Part shown: positions 52,817 to 61,800 of the stretch, in pieces
Position numbering within the stretch: position 1 is the stretch's first letter
How the letters are laid out: each line of letters begins with the position of its first letter
NCBI GenBank assembly: GCA_020201525.1
Contig: JAIVGO010000094.1
Span: 4,126-68,125 of the forward strand
Origin: Actinomycetota bacterium
GTDB taxonomy: Bacteria; Actinomycetota; AC-67
Direction of reading: 5' to 3'
DNA: 64,000 bases
The notes under the pieces: generated by a model
Told to the model about the DNA's origin: nothing
What the model saw: only the letters and a program-made list of their open reading frames with translations
Databases searched by the model: none
Made by a program: the position numbers and the translations under genes

Positions 52817-55800
52817 GTGCGTCGAGAGGAACGGGTTGGATTCGTGAGATTCTTTACGGCAGTCCGGAAGACGAAGCGGAGCCGTCGGGCTGGCGGCCTC
52901 CTTGCCGTGTCGTTGCTTGTCAGCGCGTTGCCGGCGGGCGCAGCCGACGATGGGACCACTCTGGCTGTCTCTGCCGCCTCGACCGCTCCTGCCGCAGCGG
53001 TCGGCGCCAAGCCCTTCATCGGCTTCGTGCCAGGGCAGAGCGTCGAGGACGTTTCGAAGCGAACGGCGCAGTCAAAGACCTTCCGGAACCCCGACGGGAC
53101 CTATACGGCTCAAATTTCGTCCGATGTCGTGCACTACTGGACCGGCACCGGATGGGCCGAGATCTCCAACCGGCTCGTGCCCGACGGGCCCGGCAGTTAC
53201 CGCAACGAGGCCAACTCCTTCACCGTTCGTTTCGGGGCAGCAGACGTCGTGCTGGACACGCCGCAAGGCGCAATGAACCTGGGGCCGTCCGGCGCGTCGT
53301 TGCGTGCTCCCGTGCTCGACCCAGTGGGCGAGACCGTCACGTACGCGGACGTATGGCCCGGAGTGGATGTCCGCTATCGAGTCGTCAGCACCGGCGTAAA
53401 AGAAGAAATCGTGGTCCGGCGGCGGCCAACGATCAGCCAATTTCCGTTCCGCCTCCAAGGCGCGGCGATGACCGTCCAGGCCGACGGCAGCGTGGCCATG
53501 GGCGGCGCCTTCGCCGGCACGTGGAGGATCCCCGCACCGCAGGTGTTCGCCAAGGACGGACAACTCATCAGCAAGACTGGCGCCCGCTTCACCGTGACCG
53601 GAAACACCATCACCCTGAATGTCGACCGCAGCTGGCTTGCCGGTCTGGACGAGACGAAAGATCTGCCCGTCGTTCTCGATCCGCCAATCCTCTCCGTCGG
53701 GTCGACGACCGGCCGTTCCTACGAACGCCTCTCTTCGGACACCGACTACGGCACGTGCGACAGCATCCCCACGCCCTGCCAGGTAATGGTCGGCATCCGC
53801 AACACCACGAACGGCTGGCACCCCTGGCGGTCGGTGCAGTACTTCCCCTACGAGTCGCTGTACGGCAAGCAAATCCTCAAAGGACAGGTCATCCTGCAAG
53901 CTCGCCAGGAAGGCACGCCCGACCCGAAGGTCATGAAGATCTACGGCGACGACGTCAACGGCCAGTTCGGCGGCGTCTGGAACTGGGTGAACCTCGGCGG
54001 CTTCATCGCCTCCGGTACGGCGCAGGACGACACGTTCATCTACGACGAAGCCGAGAGCGGACCGCACCCGCTGGCCGACTACTACCAGGATCTCGTCAAC
54101 CGCAACCTGCCCGGCATGGCGATCAAGTTCCTCGGGGACGAAACCCCGGGCAACTCAACGTTCAAGCGATTCGCCTGGTTCCAGCTCCAACTCACGTACA
54201 ACACGCCGCCGAATGTCCCCGACACACTGAGCCAGACCTGGTCGTCTGGGTTCACCGCGCCGGAACTCTCCGCCCGGTTCACCGACCCCGACGGCGACAA
54301 CGGCAACGTCGACTTCGAAGTCACCCGCCCGGACGGCTCGAAACTCCTCGTGCCGGTCGGGACGACCAACGGAGGGACCGCCCGGACCACGCCCGCTGTG
54401 AGCGCCGCCGGCACATACTCCTGGCACGTCCGAGCCTGGGATGGAAGGACCCTGTCCCGCAATCCCGAATGGTCGAGCGATCAGACCTTCACGGTCATTA
54501 CCGACGTCGCCCCGAACGTTCCAGACAACCTTGCCCCTGACAACAACGCGGCCAGTGCGTCAGCCCCCACGCTCTCCGCCCGGTACACCGCCAACGATGG
54601 GCAAGGCGGATGGATCGAGTTCGACCTCGGCAGTGAAGACCAGGTCATTTTAGTGCCCGCTGCGCACAACCAGACCGTGAGCTTCACTCCAGACACGCTC
54701 ATGGAGGGGAACTATTCCTGGCGGGTTCGAGCCACTGACGGAACCTACGAATCTGCTTGGACGCCATGGCGCTACTTCAACGTGAGAAAAAACCTTGTTT
54801 GGTACGAGAACTTCACCGGTAACAATGGCGATCTTTGGAACAGCTCCCGCTGGAGCACCGGGACGAATAGTCTCACGAGGACAGTCGATATTCAAAGTAA
54901 CGAAGGGCGGCTCTACGTTAACGGCTCCTCGGCAGGGGCGACCGCTCGACAGGCCGGCTCGAACATCAACCTTGCGGATATCGACGTCGCGTTGACGTTC
55001 CGGTTCGAAAACACCAACACTCGAAGCTTCCTGCGGCTCAGGGCACGAGACTCAGGCACGAACGCCTATCGTGTCGAACTCCGCAACGACTCCACCACCG
55101 TCAAGTTGCAAAACATTCTCAACGGCGTATCCGGCGCGATCACACAGTTCACGTACAACCCCGATGGCCAAGCCGGCTTCGATCCTGGAAGCCATCGCCT
55201 GCGTGTTCAGCTCACGGGCAGCACCGTCCGAGTGAAAGCGTGGCCGGCGAACAGCGCCGAACCAGACACCTGGCAGATCGATCGGACCGATACGTCCGTC
55301 ACCGGCCCAGGCGTCCTGAAGATCGACCACAATTACGACACCGGATCACGCAGCATCTACCTCGATGACGTGGCGGTCGCGAATCTCCAGGTCCAAGGGG
55401 GAACTCAGCCAGAGCTCAAGATGTGGGATGAGTATCCCAACCACGGGTACGCCGACATGGCCAGAGTGACGGACGGCGGAACCCTCCTTGGGTTCACCTC
55501 CGACCGATGCAAGGCGGTTGAAAACGACCTCATCGCCCAAGTCAAAGCGACCACGGAAGGAAGCCAACCGGAATTCCGGGGTGCCTGGCCGAGCGGACTA
55601 ATCCTGCACCGAGGCTCCGACTGCATCGGCCGGGTCGGCGACGGCGTCCATATCACGCTCGACTACATGACCGACAGCGAATGGACCCAGTCGGGTCCGG
55701 GGCATGGAAAGAACGGTGGCCATGTCCACTCCTTCCTAGCCGCCCCAGAATGGTGCGATGTTCACGGATACACCAAGATCAACGGAAGATGCGGCTTGGA

Positions 55801-56029
55801 ATTCAGCCGGGTCCACCTCAAGGAATCGAAGTTCGACACCGTGTACCCGAATGACACCGTCAGGCGGAACGTTCTCATCCACGAGACCGGCCATGCTTTC
55901 GGCTTCAAGGACGACTGCTCCACGAAGGCGATCACCAATGACGGATCGTGCGGTCTCCCTCAAGGCTGGACATCCATCGACAGGCGAGAGATGCGGGATC
56001 ACATCTACACCAACTTCCCGTACCCGTGA
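52817..56029 (+). CDS. Secreted multidomain protein, 1070 aa. Order: shared N-terminal module, DNRLRE-like domain, two FN3-like domains, LamG-like domain, C-terminal snapalysin/M7-like metzincin (HExxHxxGxxD).
   Basis: Signal peptide. N-module homologous to the RHS N-termini. VRVKAWPANSAEPDTWQIDRTD LamG-like motif. C-terminal VLIHETGHAFGFKDDCS. The C-terminal third is lower in GC. Confidence 0.8.
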   Translation: MRREERVGFVRFFTAVRKTKRSRRAGGLLAVSLLVSALPAGAADDGTTLAVSAASTAPAAAVGAKPFIGFVPGQSVEDVSKRTAQSKTFRNPDGTYTAQISSDVVHYWTGTGWAEISNRLVPDGPGSYRNEANSFTVRFGAADVVLDTPQGAMNLGPSGASLRAPVLDPVGETVTYADVWPGVDVRYRVVSTGVKEEIVVRRRPTISQFPFRLQGAAMTVQADGSVAMGGAFAGTWRIPAPQVFAKDGQLISKTGARFTVTGNTITLNVDRSWLAGLDETKDLPVVLDPPILSVGSTTGRSYERLSSDTDYGTCDSIPTPCQVMVGIRNTTNGWHPWRSVQYFPYESLYGKQILKGQVILQARQEGTPDPKVMKIYGDDVNGQFGGVWNWVNLGGFIASGTAQDDTFIYDEAESGPHPLADYYQDLVNRNLPGMAIKFLGDETPGNSTFKRFAWFQLQLTYNTPPNVPDTLSQTWSSGFTAPELSARFTDPDGDNGNVDFEVTRPDGSKLLVPVGTTNGGTARTTPAVSAAGTYSWHVRAWDGRTLSRNPEWSSDQTFTVITDVAPNVPDNLAPDNNAASASAPTLSARYTANDGQGGWIEFDLGSEDQVILVPAAHNQTVSFTPDTLMEGNYSWRVRATDGTYESAWTPWRYFNVRKNLVWYENFTGNNGDLWNSSRWSTGTNSLTRTVDIQSNEGRLYVNGSSAGATARQAGSNINLADIDVALTFRFENTNTRSFLRLRARDSGTNAYRVELRNDSTTVKLQNILNGVSGAITQFTYNPDGQAGFDPGSHRLRVQLTGSTVRVKAWPANSAEPDTWQIDRTDTSVTGPGVLKIDHNYDTGSRSIYLDDVAVANLQVQGGTQPELKMWDEYPNHGYADMARVTDGGTLLGFTSDRCKAVENDLIAQVKATTEGSQPEFRGAWPSGLILHRGSDCIGRVGDGVHITLDYMTDSEWTQSGPGHGKNGGHVHSFLAAPEWCDVHGYTKINGRCGLEFSRVHLKESKFDTVYPNDTVRRNVLIHETGHAFGFKDDCSTKAITNDGSCGLPQGWTSIDRREMRDHIYTNFPYP

Positions 56030-56095
56030 TAGTGGCCGGCCTTCTAGCGGAATTCAAACGAACCGAAGCAGAAGCCGATTCGGAGGTAACCGGTA

Positions 56096-56554
56096 ATGAA
56101 AGCCCGCAATAGGATGCGCTGGGCAAGTGCTCGCTTCTTCATTCCCGTGCTCGCCATTCTCGCGGGTCTGGTTGGGATGGCGTCGCTCGCCAGCGCCGGC
56201 CCTGACAAGGCGCCCTCCAAGGGGCGGCCGATGCTGGGTTGCTCAAAGCTCGTTCCCGGGGCGGGATCGCAAGAGAGCCAGGACCTCTTCGACCCCGAGA
56301 GCGGGCAGCTGGTGGTATCGACGCCTAGCGCCGACTACCTTCTGTCCGAGAATGACCCTGAGTGCAAAGCGAATCCCGAAGCCCGAGGTCGGCTCGCTGA
56401 GGCCCGGTCCATGGCGAACGAGAACCACAGGGCCATGTGCGAGGACTTCAACCGCTATGTGGCAGAAGGCACCACCGAAGTGAACGGCCGCCCCATCAAT
56501 CTTGACGCTGCTCGGCAAGCTCTCCAGGGAGGATGTGTCGGTTGGCTTCGCTGA
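56096..56554 (+). CDS. Small secreted Cys-containing protein immediately downstream of the metzincin-domain gene. Candidate inhibitor or immunity protein.
   Basis: GGAGG, then ATG. MKARNRMRWASARFFIPVLAILAGLVGMASLASA signal peptide. 4 Cys. Lower GC. Confidence 0.55.
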   Translation: MKARNRMRWASARFFIPVLAILAGLVGMASLASAGPDKAPSKGRPMLGCSKLVPGAGSQESQDLFDPESGQLVVSTPSADYLLSENDPECKANPEARGRLAEARSMANENHRAMCEDFNRYVAEGTTEVNGRPINLDAARQALQGGCVGWLR

Positions 56555-57561
56555 CACGTCGACTGCGACGACCTTTGGTCGCAGCAGCATGTCTCACGCT
56601 GGCTCTCACCGCCTGTCGTTCGTCGAGTTCGCCGCCCAGCGCCTCGCGGGGAGAGGAAGCAGCGTCCACAACCTCCAGCGGGCGGGACGAAGCGCCGGGG
56701 GTTCCCGATCGTAAATCGTACGGACCCTTTATTCGCTTAGCGTCCATGGGGGCTACGGCCTGGGATGGCCACCGAGTCTGGATTACCGACTCTGACCATG
56801 GCCGGCTCCTGGCTGTCGATGGCGACTCCGGCAAAGCGGTCGTCGATAGTCACGTCGATTGGTTCTCCGAGCCTGGCAGCATGGCAGTCGCCGATCGCGA
56901 ACTGTGGGCCATCGCCCAGGATGCGGATGGGGCAAACGTACGCGTCCTCCGAATCAACAGTGCCGATGGCCACATCAAGAGCAGCCGGATCGACGGAGGA
57001 CGACCACTCGGGCAAGCCCTCCGTAAGGACAACAGCCTCCTTGTCGCCGATTACGAGCGGGCCATTGTCTCGATCGATCACGACACCGGCACGCGGCACG
57101 TCAAAGTGCCGCTTGACGTCATCCCGAACCTCCTTCAAGCCGCACCCAACGACACTTACTGGGTCGTAGACGACAACCGCACACGGGTAGTCCGGGTTGA
57201 CGCTGGAGGCAAACGTCTGGTCGACTCAACGCAGTCTCGCTACGTGGCTGGAATCGTCACTGATGCCGCGGGTAACGCCTGGTTAGCTCAACGTTCGGCC
57301 GTGGCCGTCTTGAACCTCGCCGGTGCGACAATCCGCGAATTCGACGGGTTCAAGAACGTCGTGGCTGTCCTATGGTGCGAAGGAGCAGCTGTGGCTTCGG
57401 ACATCGAAACCGGGGAGCTCGCGTGGCTTGATGGCTCCGGACGTGACCAGCGCGTCCAGACAGGGACCTCCGGGCGTGCCATCGCATGCGCGCCAGATGG
57501 GATCTGGTTCGTATCCGCCGACGGATACCTCTCACGGATCACGAAGCCGTCCAACCCCTGA
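56533..57561 (+). CDS. Lipoprotein with a predicted beta-propeller-like fold.
   Basis: RRPLVAAACLTLALTACRSSSS has a lipobox. Repetitive DG/DxxG segments. Overlaps the upstream gene by about 20 nt. Confidence 0.5.
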   Translation: MCRLASLTRRLRRPLVAAACLTLALTACRSSSSPPSASRGEEAASTTSSGRDEAPGVPDRKSYGPFIRLASMGATAWDGHRVWITDSDHGRLLAVDGDSGKAVVDSHVDWFSEPGSMAVADRELWAIAQDADGANVRVLRINSADGHIKSSRIDGGRPLGQALRKDNSLLVADYERAIVSIDHDTGTRHVKVPLDVIPNLLQAAPNDTYWVVDDNRTRVVRVDAGGKRLVDSTQSRYVAGIVTDAAGNAWLAQRSAVAVLNLAGATIREFDGFKNVVAVLWCEGAAVASDIETGELAWLDGSGRDQRVQTGTSGRAIACAPDGIWFVSADGYLSRITKPSNP

Positions 57562-57602
57562 AGTCGTCTACCACCAGCCGTCGGTAGTTAACTCACACGC
57601 TT

Positions 57603-57633
57603 TGACGCGCGATAAGCTTCCCTTATCGCGCGT
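57603..57633 (+). terminator. Perfect 13-bp stem / 5-nt loop hairpin (rho-independent terminator-like; no U-tract).
   Basis: gacgcgcgataag-cttcc-cttatcgcgcgtc lies 42 nt after the stop at 57561 and before the integrase reading frame. Confidence 0.5.
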
Positions 57634-57831
57634 CAGAAACAGAGGTCAGAACCGCCGGCCGAGGAGCCGGGAGCGGTCGAGCTCCAGGCCGTCGACGATC
57701 TCGCCCTCGAGGCGCTCACCGCCCGAGCGGCGGAGTATGTCGACGCCGGCCGAGCCCCCAACACCAAGAAGGCCTACCGCACGGACTGGGCCGAATTCAC
57801 CGCCTGGGCCGGCCAACGCGGCCTGGCCGTC

Positions 57832-58626
57832 ATGCCTGCGGAACCGGCCACGGTTGCCATCTATCTGACTGACCTCACCGAGGTCGCCAAGACGTCGACG
57901 GTCGAGCGACGCCTGGCATCGATCGCCTTCGCTCATCGAACCGCCAACCTTGCGTCGCCGACCGACGACCCGATTGTCAAAGCGGTCTGGGCCGGGATTC
58001 GCCGTGTCCATGGCACTGCCGAAGCCCAAGCCGCCCCCATCACGGTTGGGTTGTTGCGCCGCATGATCGCCAACCTCCCGTCGGGACCCGGCGGAACCCG
58101 AGACGCCGCCCTCTTGCTCGTCGGATTCGCCGGCGCGCTGCGCCGCTCGGAGCTCGTCGCCCTCGACGTGGCCGACCTCGAGGACCGCCACGAAGGACTG
58201 GTCCTTACCCTGCGCCGCTCCAAAACCGATCAGGAGGCTGCTGGCCGTCAAGTCGGCCTTCCCTACGGCTCCAACTCCGCCACCTGTCCCGTCCGCAATC
58301 TCACCGCCTGGCTCGACGTCGCCGGCATCATCGACGGGCCCGTGTTTCGGCCCGTCGACCGCCACGGCCGCATCGCCACCACTCGCTTGTCCGCCGCGGG
58401 CGCGAACCGCATCGTCCAACGAGCCGTCGGCCGCACCGGCACCGACCCCCGCTCCTACTCCGCCCACTCGCTTCGGGCCGGGCTGGCCACCGCCGCCGCC
58501 GAAGCGGGGATCTCTGAACGGGCCATCATGAGCCAGACCGGACACCGGTCCCTCGTCGTCGCCCGCGGCTACATCCGCAGCGGTTCACTGTTTCGCGACA
58601 ACGCCGCTGCTCAGGTCGGTCTGTAA
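57832..58626 (+). CDS. Tyrosine recombinase (phage-integrase family). Integrase-like sequence continues about 200 nt upstream of the first ATG without a canonical start codon.
   Basis: Catalytic-domain motifs ...LLVGFAGALRRSEL..., HSLRAGLATAAAEAG, GHRSLVVARGYIR. In-frame upstream AVELQAVDDLALEALTARAAEYVDAGRAPNTKKAYRTDWAEFTAWAGQRG looks like the N-terminal core-binding (SAM-like) domain. Confidence 0.8.
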   Translation: MPAEPATVAIYLTDLTEVAKTSTVERRLASIAFAHRTANLASPTDDPIVKAVWAGIRRVHGTAEAQAAPITVGLLRRMIANLPSGPGGTRDAALLLVGFAGALRRSELVALDVADLEDRHEGLVLTLRRSKTDQEAAGRQVGLPYGSNSATCPVRNLTAWLDVAGIIDGPVFRPVDRHGRIATTRLSAAGANRIVQRAVGRTGTDPRSYSAHSLRAGLATAAAEAGISERAIMSQTGHRSLVVARGYIRSGSLFRDNAAAQVGL

Positions 58627-58826
58627 ACGCTGAGGTAATTTCGTCCGGGCATTCGGCTTCCAGCTTCTGGACCATTAACCGGGCGAGCCGACCGGCCCGG
58701 CTTCATGGCATTTCGGGCAGCGGGCACGCAACCGCCGCAAGGGTTCGACGAGTCCTCTCCAGCGCGTCGCAGCAGCGGCCGATCCTGCCTTTCGGCTTAG
58801 CTCCCGCACGAAGGGCCTGTTCGCTG

Positions 58827-61800
58827 ATGCGCGTTTCGCTGAAGATCTCCGTCGACTCAAGCGCTCGCCGCCCATGGCATCGGGGGCTGGTCAGCACCCT
58901 GGTGGTCCTCGTCAGCCTCGCTGCTACCAGCTTGGTCGCCGTGCCCCTGACCGCGGAAGCGGCCGACCGAGGCGACGCGCACAAGCAGATGAGCCCCCAA
59001 GAGCTCCCCGCCCTCCATTCGGACGCCCCCACTCCCAGAGCGTTGGACATCCCGCAAGGCGACTTCAGCAATCCTCCCGCCCAACACGCCGACGACGTCA
59101 GCACCGACCGCAGCGGCGTCAAGGCCGGAGCAACACTGGTCGGCCGGTCCGCGGGCAGCGAAATCTGGGACAATCACGATGGAACCTCGACCGCGGTCGT
59201 ACATGCGCGACCCTCCACGTGGGCTGATCGCGACGGCAAGCACAAAGTGATGGATAGCCGCCTGACTCGTCAGGGTGCACGCCTGAAGAACACCGGCGGA
59301 CCGGTCGGCTTCGACCTGCCAGCCGCAACAACAGCGAACGAAGTAGTAGTCGCCTCAGCCGACGGCTGGTCCTTGGGTTTTGCCATGGACGGCCTCGCCG
59401 CTGGACGAAATGGCGAAGTCGACGGAGCTTCCGTTCGCTACCGCGCGGTTCAGCCTGGCGTCGACCTCGTCGAGACCATCGAAGGCGACACCCTCAAAGA
59501 GACGGTCGTTCTAACTGAACTGCCTCGGCCCGGTAGTACCAACCGATTCCGCTTCCCGCTCACCATGAGCGGGCTGACCCCGAAAGAACAGGCGGACGGT
59601 TCGATCCGCTTCTACGACCGGGCCGGCACCGAGGTCGCCGCCATGCCGGTCGGCGTAGCGTTCGACGGTAGCGGCGATGCTGCCCGCGGTACGCAGGCCC
59701 AGACTCCGGTCCATCTCGACCTCATAAGAGTGGCGGGCCAGTGGACTGTGGAGCTTTCGGTTGACCGCACCTGGCTGTTGGATCCGAGCCGTGTCGCTCC
59801 GATCTCGATCGACCCGTCGGCGACCTTCAATGCTGGCCGCGACAACGGCTCGACTCACTCGGACGCCTTCGTCTCGCAGGCCGCCCCGACCACGAACTAC
59901 AACACGCTGCTCGACTCCGGCTCCTACGTCGACAAGGTCGGCTACGGTTCCTACCCCACCGACCAGTTCAACACCTTCTTGAAGTACGACGTCTCCGCAT
60001 TGGCCGGCAAGACCGTCAGCGCCGCCACCTGGAACGGCTACTTCCTCTCCGCCGCCGCCTACCCCAGCACCTACGCCCTCACCCAAGCGGCAGCGTCGTG
60101 GACCGACTCCACCTTGACCTGGAACAACCAGCCCGGCGCCACGGGCTCGGCTGCCACGGGCTCCGTCACTGCCGCGAATCAATGGGCGACAAAGGACATC
60201 ACCGGCTGGGTGCAGGGCTGGCTGGCCACGCCCACTTCGAACAACGGCATCAGGCTTGACAGCAATGGCACCAACGCCTACCTGCGCCTAGCCGCTATGG
60301 AGCAGGCGGCGCAGGACTCGTATATAGCGGTCACCTTCGCGAATACGGAGCCGTCCGCACCGACCGCTGTACAGCTGACACCGGCCGACCAATCGACCGT
60401 CATGTCGCTCACACCGACGCTCACATCGGCGGCGATGACCGATGCCGAGGGCGACGCCGTCCAGTATTGGTTCCGAATCGCCACGGGCACCGACGGGCAG
60501 ACCGGACAGTTGATCAACTCGGGTTGGCTCACCACCCCGTCGTACCAGGTTCCGATCGGTGCCTTCCAGGACGGCATGACGTACCACTGGGAGGTCTACA
60601 CGCGAGACGCCTGGGCCACCGGTCCTCCCACCACCGTCTCCCCCACGGTGTCCCTGACGGTGGACCAGGGGCTAGGGCGAGGCGCCAGCGACAACGTCGG
60701 ACCGGTCTCTATAAACCTAACCAACGGCAACGCCACGGTCAGTGTCGCGTCACCGAGCTTCCAGACGCTCGGGGGATCAATCGGGCTCAGCTACACCTAT
60801 AACTCGCAGACGCCAGTTCCCAGCGGCCTCTCCGGCTCGTACTACCCCTGCACCGCAGCCGCAGGTACCGGCTCGGCCGGTCCGACGTTCCCGGCCACGG
60901 GCACGCCTCCGGCCCTCGTCCGACCGGACACCACTCTGAACTTTGCGTGGAACGCCACGTCTCCTTTGCCGGCACCGGGACCGAACGCCGACCCGACGAA
61001 CTTCTGTGTCCGGTGGAGCGGATATGTCACCGTGCCTACGACGTCGACGGCGTGGTCGTTGAGCGACACCCATGACGGCGGAGCTCGCATCTACCTGAAC
61101 AACAACTTCACGACGCCTTACGTCGATGCGTGGTCGAATTCGTCCGGGACGGTGACCGCCAGCGGTGCAGCCGTCGCGCTCACCGCCGGCGTGCCCACAC
61201 CGATCACCATCGACTACTACCAGAGCGACACCGCCGCCAACTTCTCGTTGTCCGTAGCCGGTCCGATCACCGGCATCGTCCCGTCCAGCTGGCTCACGCC
61301 GAGCTCATCGTCTGTCGTGCCCAGCGGCTGGTCGGTCTCGACCGGCGGAAGCCGCACCCTGGCCTACACCGCCGCCAAGGTTGGCAACGACTCGTTCGTG
61401 CTCACCGACCCAGCGGGGGGTGCGCACGAGTACCGCAAGGTAAACAGGGCCTGGAAGCCCACCAAAACTGAGCAGGCCGTCGTCACGCAGAACTCCGACG
61501 GCACGTTCACGGTGCTCGCGCCCGACGGCCTGAACTACTTCTTCAGCACTGCCGGCAAGCTCAGCTCGGTCATGTCAGCCAGCGATGACAGCAACAGAGC
61601 GGCACCGACCTACTCCTTCGACCCTACGAGTGGCAACGTCACCGCCCTGACCGACCCGCTCAGCGGCCGCGCCCTTAGCCTGACCTACGCCACCACCCCC
61701 AACCCGTGTGCCACCCCGCCCAGCGGGTTCGACAGTTCCCCGCCGGCAGGCATGCTCTGCAAAGTCTCCTATCCCGACGGATCGGTCACGAATCTTTTCT

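Noticed and set aside
58700-58790. tRNA-like GGTTCGA T-loop motif downstream of the integrase.
   Set aside because: The flanking sequence cannot form a 5-bp T-stem or acceptor stem, so no cloverleaf is possible. It is probably coincidental, so no tRNA att site is called.
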